Positions 28,209-35,728 are shown, counted from the stretch's first letter. The stretch is DNA of 53,367 nt from a virus (IMGVR_UViG_3300034158_000030:1-53367); one strand, 5' to 3'. Program-made: numbers and translations. The notes: a model not told the origin generated them from the sequence alone.

Positions 28209-28699
28209 GCATCTACCACAAAGACGTTTCGCACCTGAAAACCATTGACCCGTACCGGTTGCAGGAGCTGTACAAGATGCACCCGTGCGCTGAGCACGTA
28301 GTGAAAAAGCTCCTAGTCGCCGGTGACCGCACTGGCGGCAAGTCGCTCGACGAAGATATCGCGGACTCAATATGGACTTTACAGCGCTGGCAGGAAATGC
28401 GGGCAGAGGATGCGGCCATGCGGTTTGAGCTTGTTGAAGTCACGGCCGACAGCGATCCCGGCCAGCGCTTCGAGGTGGCTACGCCTGGGAAGGTCCCGCT
28501 GTACGATTGGAGAGGGGTTGCCGGCCACTTTAACTGGCTGGCAAGCAACCCTGACGGGGTTATAATGGGTTTCTCTGTCAGGCCTGTACGCGACTCCTTT
28601 GGGTGGGTGATGACCAGCGGCTCGTGCGCGCCAGTCGATACCAGCACTACCAGCGCCGTCATGGCCTGGGCTGATTCCCTGGAGGCCCGCCCGGAATGA
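28205..28699 (+). CDS. DUF3310-like N-terminal domain protein
   Basis: YHKDVSHLKTIDPYR...HVVKKLLVAGDR..K...DI. Confidence 0.55.
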   Translation: MSIYHKDVSHLKTIDPYRLQELYKMHPCAEHVVKKLLVAGDRTGGKSLDEDIADSIWTLQRWQEMRAEDAAMRFELVEVTADSDPGQRFEVATPGKVPLYDWRGVAGHFNWLASNPDGVIMGFSVRPVRDSFGWVMTSGSCAPVDTSTTSAVMAWADSLEARPE

Positions 28700-29202
28700 G
28701 CGCCCAGGACGAAAGCCGCCTGGAGTCGCTACAGCGCTCAGTCGACCGCGCCTACATGCAGCGCAACACCCTGGCGGTCGCTGCCGTCAAAATGGCCTTA
28801 CTGCTGGGCTGGCCTGCGGGCCAGGGCCTGGACGATAACGAGGATGGTGAACACGAGTGGCGACACGTTGTTTACATTCAGTTGCCGGACGGCTCGCAAG
28901 TGTCGTACCACATCGCGCCTGGCGACCTAGGCCTACTGGACGGAATCCCGTGGTTCTCGGGCGAGTGGGATGGCTCCTACCTCGGAACAACTAAGGAATG
29001 GATCGCGTCCATCCCCGAGCTCTACACGTCGCTTGTGCCTGCCGGGATGACCCTGGAGGGGTGGGCAGAGGATCAGCTCGAAGGGTTCGCCCTCAAGCGC
29101 TGGCGAGTCGAGCTGCGCAAGGTTGACGCCGACGACAGTATCAGTCCTGAGACCAAGGATCGTATCCTTTGCGGGTACATCAAGGCATGGGCGGCGGGCT
29201 AG
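28696..29202 (+). CDS. WDGH-domain-like protein
   Basis: Y.QRN.L...VYIQLPDGSQVSYH...EWDG. Confidence 0.5.
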   Translation: MSAQDESRLESLQRSVDRAYMQRNTLAVAAVKMALLLGWPAGQGLDDNEDGEHEWRHVVYIQLPDGSQVSYHIAPGDLGLLDGIPWFSGEWDGSYLGTTKEWIASIPELYTSLVPAGMTLEGWAEDQLEGFALKRWRVELRKVDADDSISPETKDRILCGYIKAWAAG

Positions 29203-29203
29203 T

Positions 29204-29231
29204 TTGACACCGTGGAAAAGGTCTGTATTAT
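29204..29231 (+). promoter_or_regulatory. Sigma70 promoter of the tRNA/ncRNA operon
   Basis: TTGACA-N16-TATTAT. Confidence 0.75.
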
Positions 29232-29232
29232 T

Positions 29233-29390
29233 CACCTGGCAACGGGCGAAAACGAAACAGACTCATTGTCTACCGGCCTTTACGCTAATCGCAGGCTAAA
29301 GCGATGAAAAATAATTTGGCTGACCTGGCGGACGAACAGTGACCGCCTGATGACCCTAAAGGGTCTGCGAATGAAAGCCCCTTGCCAGTG
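29233..29390 (+). ncRNA. Putative structured leader RNA (about 160 nt)
   Basis: Closing helix ctggcaa/ttgccag plus gggc/gccc; internal hairpins ggcgg/ccgcc and gaccc-taaa-gggtc. Confidence 0.5.
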
Positions 29391-29428
29391 AAGCGGGGCG
29401 CGACTGGGAGTCGGTCGCCTGGCATCAA

Positions 29429-29505
29429 GCCCTATTAGCTCAGTTGGATAGAGCAATCCCTTGTCGCGGGATAGGTCAGCGGTTCGAACCCGCTATAGGG
29501 CGCCA
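29429..29505 (+). tRNA. tRNA-Asp(GTC)
   Basis: Cloverleaf gccctat/atagggc, anticodon loop TTGTCGC, TTCGAAC T-loop, G73, encoded CCA. Confidence 0.85.
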
Positions 29506-29528
29506 ATCAAGTAGCTTGACAGTTTCGA

Positions 29529-29643
29529 CCGTGCGGGCCGGTAGGATCGGCACTTATGATGAACGGTCGCCTTAGACGGAGTAATTACCCTGAGAGGCGT
29601 CAACTAGCTTAAGTGAAAGAGAGTTCAATACTCTTCGCACGGA
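29529..29643 (+). ncRNA. tRNA-like RNA 1 with a 53-nt insert replacing the anticodon loop
   Basis: Acceptor ccgtgcg/cgcacgg, D-like arm gccg/cggc, stem actta/taagt, T arm gagag-TTCAATA-ctctt; no CCA. Confidence 0.55.
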
Positions 29644-29644
29644 G

Positions 29645-29752
29645 CACCGAAGAAGGCCGAAAGGCAGAACTAAAACGAGGCGACTCAGCGCGCCTACCTC
29701 AAGTACGACCGACCTGGCGCGCAGGGTAATCAGGCTTAAGGGAACTTCGGTG
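29645..29752 (+). ncRNA. Putative pseudoknotted RNA
   Basis: Closing helix caccgaag/cttcggtg, gcc-GAAA-ggc hairpin, gagg/cctc crossed by gcgcgcc/ggcgcgc. Confidence 0.5.
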
Positions 29753-29762
29753 GCACAGTTTC

Positions 29763-29833
29763 GCGGGTATGCACAGGGTGTTAGTCAGCCTTCCAAGCTG
29801 ACGACAAGGGTTCGATTCCCTTTATCCGCTCCA
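29763..29833 (+). tRNA. tRNA-Gly(TCC), short D arm
   Basis: gcgggta/tatccgc, loop CTTCCAA, TTCGATT T-loop, U73, CCA; 71 nt. Confidence 0.85.
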
Positions 29834-29837
29834 GTGT

Positions 29838-29940
29838 TTGACGTGGCTACCCCGACCTAGTGAGCGGGCAATTGCGGAAGGAAGTACGCGCAGGTCTACA
29901 AGTGGCGCGCAACTCTTGCGGGTGAGGCTCCCGCCGTCAA
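29838..29940 (+). ncRNA. tRNA-like RNA 2 with an expanded anticodon arm
   Basis: ttgacg/cgtcaa, cccg/cggg and ttgcg/cgcaa stems; T-like arm gcggg-TGAGGCT-cccgc. Confidence 0.5.
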
Positions 29941-29949
29941 CTGATTCAC

Positions 29950-30036
29950 GGACGATTGGCAGAGAGGTTTAACGCAACCGCTTGCTAAGCGGCAGCCCGA
30001 AAGGGTTCCCAGGTTCGAATCCTGGATCGTCCGCCA
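29950..30036 (+). tRNA. tRNA-Ser(GCT)
   Basis: ggacgat/atcgtcc, loop TTGCTAA, long variable arm, G73, CCA. Confidence 0.93.
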
Positions 30037-30041
30037 AACGC

Positions 30042-30117
30042 ACGCGCATAGCTCAGCGGATAGAGCAACCGCCTTCTAAGCGGTCGGCCACTGGTTCAAA
30101 TCCAGTTGTGCGTACCA
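30042..30117 (+). tRNA. tRNA-Arg(TCT)
   Basis: acgcgca/tgtgcgt, loop CTTCTAA, A20, CCA. Confidence 0.93.
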
Positions 30118-30182
30118 ACAACCGGCCGACATGCACTAGCGGCCCCGGACGTCGTAACCGGGCTATTCTCTCCAGTGGTACT

Positions 30183-30244
30183 AAACCCGCCTTAAAAAAG
30201 CGGGTTTTTTTATGGGCAAAGAAAAGCCCCGGTTAAGGGGCTTC
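30183..30244. terminator. Back-to-back terminators (tRNA operon on +, fibre gene on -)
   Basis: aaacccgc...gcgggttttttt and aaaagcccc...ggggctt. Confidence 0.8.
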
Positions 30245-30248
30245 GGCT

Positions 30249-31520
30249 CTAGCTCATTTCTCTCCATGCCAGGATGGTAGAGGCTGTCGTTCCGCCCTCG
30301 CCGCCAATCATGTACTGGTATCCAGGCGGAACGAAAAGCGTGATGGTCACCCGGCGCGGAGTGGTTCCGGTCTGCGCATCGCTGGCGAACTCAAGCCCGT
30401 TTGTGTCGCTGGCATCCTTTCGGATGACGCCACGGAAAAACCTCGAACTTGAGGTGTTTTCAGTCGAGCGCAAAAACACAATCATTTCATTGCCTGAGTT
30501 GTTTGATTTCCACACTCCAGGAACTTGCTGGTTCGTAGGTAGATCGCGCCAGATACGGATGGATCGCGGTAGGTGGGCGGGGAGGTTTACAATGGGCACT
30601 CTAGCTCCGGTATCGAGCGGAGCGACGCCGCTGGCGGCACCCTTTGCGGTCGACGGAATAAGCCCGCTCGTGTCAACTGGCGGCGGCAGGTTGGCTGCCG
30701 GGACCTTCTTGTCTTGCCCTAGCGGGGCGACCCCGCCCGCCTTGTCTCGATCCCCTTTTGGCATATAGGTATCGGCGGCGTGCTGCTTACTCTCAAACGG
30801 CAGGTCGTCGCCGGACAGTGCCAGGCTGATAGCCGAGGATATCTCGGCAGGCCCCGGCTTTGCATCCCACTCGGAAATCTGCGAGCTTGTAACGAACCGC
30901 TTTTCGGGAGTCTCGGAAATCATCGCAGCAATGTAGTCGCCCGACTGCGGCGCAATGTTCCCGGTTCTGCCGTTGAATGAGGCTACCCCGATAGCCATGG
31001 TGTTTCCGAGTGGGGACCAGCTCGCATCAATTGCTGGGTCCTGATTCGCGTCCAGGCCCCAAGCGTCGCCGGTATCACTCTCATAGGCAATAGTGAGGTC
31101 GCCGTACACGGACAGCGCCAGGCGCGCAGCCTTGTTCGCCACGTTGACCTTGCGGCCTACCGGGAACTCAGGCAACTGGCTGTATGGCACGCGCCCCGAG
31201 GATAGGTCGGCCTTCTGCGACAGCCCGAGCGACAGAGCGGAAAGCTCGCCCATTGCAGCGTCTGCCGCCATTCTCGCCTCTGACGCCTTTAGCGAGGCCT
31301 GCGCCGCCTTAATCTCGGCCTCTGAGACGCGGTAGATAATCTCCTCTGGCAGTTCCCCGCTCTGACCGCCGTCAATCCCCTTTACAACGGCCTGGACCTT
31401 TCTGCCTGACATTTCCATGGGGCTGCCGTAGAGAGTCATGCCCTCGACGTTGACAGCATGCAAAACCATGAGCTCCAGCGACTTGTTGGTGTCCGCCTGG
31501 AGTAGCCTGTATTCAGCCAT
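30249..31520 (-). CDS. Fibre-like virion protein with a DUF1737-like N-terminus
   Basis: MAEYRLL...EGMTLYGSP...QAVVK; VASFNGRTG; two GVAPL..VP..NLP repeats; adhesin-like C-terminus (VPPGYQY...WREMS). Confidence 0.65.
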   Translation of the reverse strand: MAEYRLLQADTNKSLELMVLHAVNVEGMTLYGSPMEMSGRKVQAVVKGIDGGQSGELPEEIIYRVSEAEIKAAQASLKASEARMAADAAMGELSALSLGLSQKADLSSGRVPYSQLPEFPVGRKVNVANKAARLALSVYGDLTIAYESDTGDAWGLDANQDPAIDASWSPLGNTMAIGVASFNGRTGNIAPQSGDYIAAMISETPEKRFVTSSQISEWDAKPGPAEISSAISLALSGDDLPFESKQHAADTYMPKGDRDKAGGVAPLGQDKKVPAANLPPPVDTSGLIPSTAKGAASGVAPLDTGARVPIVNLPAHLPRSIRIWRDLPTNQQVPGVWKSNNSGNEMIVFLRSTENTSSSRFFRGVIRKDASDTNGLEFASDAQTGTTPRRVTITLFVPPGYQYMIGGEGGTTASTILAWREMS

Positions 31521-31625
31521 TTCTCTTTCCTTGGATCAGTATGAAACTCACATTCTATCATGCAAGTCAACGGTTTTTTAATCCGTGTTATCATCCTGTC
31601 ATCACAGACAAGCGGACCAAATTCA

Positions 31626-31952
31626 ATGGCACTCGACAACAACCCCGAAACATTCGTAGCGCTCATTCAAGGCCTGAGCGAGCCAGTTAGGGCTGCCGCC
31701 GCTGCCGCCGTCCTGGGGCTTGTACTGGCGTTCCGAAAGAACGAGCGGGGGATCGTCAAGCGTCTGCTCGAAGTGCTCGCAGGCGCGATCACAGGCTTTA
31801 TCATCGGCTACATCCTGCACCTTGCTAGCTTCGAGCCGTGGGTTATCTGGTCGAGTAACGTAGCCATTGCATACCTGGGCGTCGACAAGGTCCGCGAGGT
31901 GATCGACTTCGCCGTCGACAAGTACATTTACAGAAAGGACCCTAAAGCATGA
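31626..31952 (+). CDS. Holin (lambda S-like, 3 TM)
   Basis: Three hydrophobic segments, RLLE, IAYLGVDKVR and a basic tail. Confidence 0.75.
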   Translation: MALDNNPETFVALIQGLSEPVRAAAAAAVLGLVLAFRKNERGIVKRLLEVLAGAITGFIIGYILHLASFEPWVIWSSNVAIAYLGVDKVREVIDFAVDKYIYRKDPKA

Positions 31953-32425
31953 GTAACGCAGGGCAGTTCACGTCAAGCCGGCAACCGGTAGACCGCCAGA
32001 AGCGCGGACCGAGTAAGCGCACGCTGCTGCTGAACGCAGTCCACAAGCAGTGCGTAGACGACTTCGGTCAGCCATTCAAGACGGCCGCAGAGGCCGAGGT
32101 CGCATTCATGGAGAAGCTGGTTAAGCGCGCCATGACCATTATTGACCCGGCGTCGGGCCAGCTCCTCAAGGAGGTGCTCGCTCGCCTGCACCCGGTCGAC
32201 AAGGCCACCATGCCTGCAATCTCGTTTGACTTTCGGGAGGACGGCAACGCCGCAGAGAAAATCGAGGACGTACAGAAGGCTGTCGCGGCCGGCATCCTGC
32301 CTGTGGACATGGGGAACACCATGGTGAACATGATTGTTGCGGGCATCAAGGTCTTCGAGGTCACCGAGCTTGCGGACCGCCTGGCTCGAATCGAGCAAAT
32401 GTTGGCAGAGGCCGACGGTGACTAA
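31949..32425 (+). CDS. terS: Terminase small subunit (putative)
   Basis: GQF...RGPSKRT N-terminus; directly upstream of TerL. Confidence 0.7.
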   Translation: MSNAGQFTSSRQPVDRQKRGPSKRTLLLNAVHKQCVDDFGQPFKTAAEAEVAFMEKLVKRAMTIIDPASGQLLKEVLARLHPVDKATMPAISFDFREDGNAAEKIEDVQKAVAAGILPVDMGNTMVNMIVAGIKVFEVTELADRLARIEQMLAEADGD

Positions 32426-33992
32426 GAGGCGGATCACGACAAAGCTACTCGATGACATTGAGAGGAGGGTAAAGGCAAAGGCCGGCACCGTAGAGTCGAT
32501 GGTTATCGCGCTGGTTGACCGGCACTGCCAGCCCGTTCGGGTCGTGCAAATGGTCGGCCGCACCGTCGTGGACGTCGACAAGACACCAGAGATTTACATT
32601 CCCGAGATTTTCGGCGACTACCTTTACCCGGCCATGATAAAGGTGGCGCGTGGCGGTCGCGGCTCTGCAAAGACCCATTCGTTTATCCGCATCATCCTAG
32701 CTCGGATGCAGGCCAGCCGCACGCACGTTGGCTGTTTCCGGGAAATCCAGAAGTCTATCGCGGACTCGATCAAGCAGACCATCGAGTCGATCATCGAGGA
32801 GCTAGGGCTACGGGATCAGTTCTACATTACCGACAAAGAAATTCGCCATATGGCGACCGGCTCGAAAATGGTTTTCGCGGGCCTGTATCGGAACGTGAAC
32901 AGCATCAAGGGCATGGACTGGATCGACATAGCCTTCTGTGAGGAGGCCGAGAACATATCGGCCGAGTCCTGGAACATCCTCACGCCTACGCTGAGAAAGC
33001 CAGGCGCCGAGCTCATGGTCTGCTACAACCCTAAAAACGTCCTGGACGCCACGCACCTTCGATATGGGCCTGGCGTGTGCAAGGCCTGGACGGATGAAAC
33101 CAAAACCGTTCGGTACGCGATCACCAAACAGATTAACTACGGTGACAACCCGTTTTTTACTGAGACATCCCGCATTCAAATGCTCGCCATGAAAGAGGAG
33201 GACCCGGACCTCTATGAGCATATTTGGGAGGGTCAGCCGAACGCAGACAGCGAGCAGGCCATTATCAAGCCGTCCTGGATACAGGCCGCAGTCGACGCGC
33301 ACCGCCTCCTAGGGTTCGAGCCGACCGGCAGCAAGCGGGTTGGGCAGGACGTCGCAGACGAAGGGAAAGACACCTCGGCGCTGTGCTTTAGCTGGGGTTC
33401 GGTCGTCCTGGACCTGGAGGAGTGGAAAGGCAAGGACACGCACTACACGGCGCGCAGGGCCTACGCCTATGCCAGCGACAACCGCGTCGACGCCCTGATC
33501 TACGACAACATCGGGGTGGGTGCTGGTGTCAAGGCTGAGCTAAACCAGCTCCGGTCGGACGCTGAGGAGGAGGGCCACTGCTTCGCCGATGAGGAGCTTT
33601 TCGAGATTCACGGGTTCAACGCTGGCGGGGCTATCGTCGACCCGACGCACGAGTACCTGCCGGGCAAGCTGAACCGCGACATGTTCGAGAACATCAAGGC
33701 GCAGGCATGGTGGGCGCTGCGTGACCGCTTTTATCGAACCTACCGCGCCGTGCGCGAGGGCGCCGTCTACGACCCGAGCGAACTGATAAGCCTGTCCAGG
33801 GACCTCCCGCAACTGGAGAAGCTCAAGGCAGAGCTGTCGCGCCCACGGGTCAGCTACGGCAAGACCAGCAAGGTGATGGTCGAGAGCAAAAAGGACATGG
33901 CAAAGCGCGGCATCCCATCCCCAAACCTTGCGGACGCCCTCGTTATGTGCTTCGCGCCAATCGGACCGGAAACTATGGGGGTTTTCCTGTAG
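32418..33992 (+). CDS. terL: Terminase large subunit (PBSX-type)
   Basis: GGRGSAKT, CFREIQKSI, EEAE, PTLRKPG, DVADEGKD and SPNLADAL motifs. Confidence 0.95.
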   Translation: MTKRRITTKLLDDIERRVKAKAGTVESMVIALVDRHCQPVRVVQMVGRTVVDVDKTPEIYIPEIFGDYLYPAMIKVARGGRGSAKTHSFIRIILARMQASRTHVGCFREIQKSIADSIKQTIESIIEELGLRDQFYITDKEIRHMATGSKMVFAGLYRNVNSIKGMDWIDIAFCEEAENISAESWNILTPTLRKPGAELMVCYNPKNVLDATHLRYGPGVCKAWTDETKTVRYAITKQINYGDNPFFTETSRIQMLAMKEEDPDLYEHIWEGQPNADSEQAIIKPSWIQAAVDAHRLLGFEPTGSKRVGQDVADEGKDTSALCFSWGSVVLDLEEWKGKDTHYTARRAYAYASDNRVDALIYDNIGVGAGVKAELNQLRSDAEEEGHCFADEELFEIHGFNAGGAIVDPTHEYLPGKLNRDMFENIKAQAWWALRDRFYRTYRAVREGAVYDPSELISLSRDLPQLEKLKAELSRPRVSYGKTSKVMVESKKDMAKRGIPSPNLADALVMCFAPIGPETMGVFL

Positions 33993-34032
33993 GCGTAAAA
34001 AAGCCCCATTCAAGGAGCTTGAGGTGGTCGGG

Positions 34033-34242
34033 TTAGCGGTCTGGGTGGTTACGGTAAATAGTGTCAAAGTGTCGACCGACGTTCCACGCTAGTAGCTTGG
34101 CATCTGGCTCAGGCACGCCCTCGTCGACCATCTTTTTTACTGCTGCTGCTTGAAGGTTTTTATTTCGGGTCCAATTCACAAAGCCAGCTTTTGATTTTGG
34201 GGCGGATTCAAGCGCTTGCTTCAAGGTGTTCAGTGCGTTCAT
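34033..34242 (-). CDS. Moron-like hypothetical protein
   Basis: Driven by promoter copy 3; terminator at about 33997-34020. Confidence 0.6.
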   Translation of the reverse strand: MNALNTLKQALESAPKSKAGFVNWTRNKNLQAAAVKKMVDEGVPEPDAKLLAWNVGRHFDTIYRNHPDR

Positions 34243-34279
34243 GTCCGTGCGTCCCGTGGTTGCTTGCTTTCGATGGGTT

Positions 34280-34318
34280 CATTCTGTCAATTCAGTTGAC
34301 ATTCGTCAAGCGTTATTT
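34280..34318 (-). promoter_or_regulatory. Sigma70-like promoter with palindromic operator, copy 3
   Basis: 37/39 identical to 4007-4045. Confidence 0.75.
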
Positions 34319-34383
34319 CGCTTGTTGACGCGACCGGTCAGCAACCAGCATAATCAGCACCCTAACAACTGGAGAGAACACCC

Positions 34384-34677
34384 GTGGAATACAGTAAGCA
34401 ATTCGACTCGCTACAGGCCGCCAATCAGTTCGTTTCCGAACTACCACCCATTGCGTGGGTTTCCCGCCGTCATCGGCCTGGGCGGATCACGGTGAGTTGG
34501 CGACCGCTTCGCCTGCGGATGATCCGAGCGGACGGCGGGACCAACGCAACGGCGCCCACCTTCGAGGTCAAGCGCGAAATCGAACACGCCTACCTGATCC
34601 GACCGCAGAGCGGGCAAATGATCAAGGTCAACCGTTACACGCTCATGTCGGCAGACCAGCGCTTCGAGCTGGTATAA
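34384..34677 (+). CDS. Moron-like hypothetical protein
   Basis: Promoter TTGACG...CATAAT and GGAG SD; terminator at 34721-34746. Confidence 0.6.
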   Translation: MEYSKQFDSLQAANQFVSELPPIAWVSRRHRPGRITVSWRPLRLRMIRADGGTNATAPTFEVKREIEHAYLIRPQSGQMIKVNRYTLMSADQRFELV

Positions 34678-34744
34678 GGGAGGACGTATGAAACGCGACG
34701 AACGACCCGACATCTGAAGCAAAGGGGCCATCTAGGCCCCTTTT

Positions 34745-35677
34745 TTATTCATCATCATTGCCCGCGTCGGGGTTCATGGCCTTGGCCTTGGCGATAATCT
34801 CGGGCGTCCACGGCTTGCCGTCCGCGTCGACTAGCACCTCGACGAACGTGCATTTGCAGTTGATCATATTCGGACTCGTGGACATCCAGACCCGAGCCTG
34901 TTCGAACGTGTACAGCTTCGCGTGCCTGCGGGCATGGCTCTGCCGCGTCGTGGCGCTTAGGGCGCTGAGCTGCATCATGCGCAGATTGAGCCCGAGGTCG
35001 ATAGTGGCCGACTCGGCCTCATCGATCCGGGAGCGCCTCAGGGCTGTAGTTATCTCGGTCCGAGCGATACGCCTGGCGCGTACTATGCTTGTGTCTGTCT
35101 GCGCGGCTATCTGCTGGGCGATCACGTTCGGGTTGATACCCTGCGCCATCCCGTCCATGAGGATGGTTCTGTACTGGCGCTTCATGTCCGAGGTGAGACC
35201 CTTCATTTCCTCGAACACTCGCGCCCGAACATACCCGAGCCGGGTGCGGTAGGCGTCCGTTTGCATGATGGCAATAAGCGTCGGCCGGGTCAGCTTGTAG
35301 GCCGCTGACTGCACCGCGATATTCGCTTGCGCCATGCCGGTTCCCTGCTGATACGCAGGCTCGACATAACCGCTCATGAACCAGCCCGTGCGCTCCTCGC
35401 TGCCGCCGAGCACGAGCCTGTCAATCAAGTTGTCAATCTCTACGCCGATGTTTTCCACGGTCAGTGTGTCGACGTTGAAGTAGTAGCGCACCACGTCGGC
35501 GTTCGTGACAAGTGGCGAGCTGAGCGTAACGGCTTTCACCGGCACGGCATCTAGTATCGCTTTGACGTCACGACCTACAGGCTTGATCCGTCGCTCAAAC
35601 TCGGCCATGGCGCGCCGCTCGCGAGAATCTTGCGCGGTTGGGTCGTTTATCTTGCGCGGTAGCAGTGGAAGTGGCAT
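34745..35677 (-). CDS. Head morphogenesis protein (MuF/SPP1 gp7 family)
   Basis: RARRIARTE, TTRQSHARRH and INCKC motifs. Confidence 0.9.
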   Translation of the reverse strand: MPLPLLPRKINDPTAQDSRERRAMAEFERRIKPVGRDVKAILDAVPVKAVTLSSPLVTNADVVRYYFNVDTLTVENIGVEIDNLIDRLVLGGSEERTGWFMSGYVEPAYQQGTGMAQANIAVQSAAYKLTRPTLIAIMQTDAYRTRLGYVRARVFEEMKGLTSDMKRQYRTILMDGMAQGINPNVIAQQIAAQTDTSIVRARRIARTEITTALRRSRIDEAESATIDLGLNLRMMQLSALSATTRQSHARRHAKLYTFEQARVWMSTSPNMINCKCTFVEVLVDADGKPWTPEIIAKAKAMNPDAGNDDE

Positions 35678-35728
35678 ATTCGGGCCTGTCCTTATTTAAA
35701 CGTCAATTGTACCCTGGAGTGGTCGAGA

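Noticed and set aside
29260-29342. tmRNA-like pseudoknot plus tag reading frame
   Set aside because: No alanyl tRNA-like domain (G3-U70, CCA) and no hydrophobic AA-ending tag.
29346-29377. CTGATGA...GAAA resembling a hammerhead ribozyme core
   Set aside because: GAAA does not follow stem II directly, and no stem III/NUH cleavage site can be built.
29875-29896. CGGAAGGAAG resembling SRP 4.5S RNA domain IV
   Set aside because: The required upstream CAGG strand and long hairpin are missing; the cloverleaf fold fits better.
30118-30182. Theta/HDV-like ribozyme at tRNA 3' trailers
   Set aside because: Only two simple hairpins are present; no nested double pseudoknot is evident, and the tRNAs already encode CCA.
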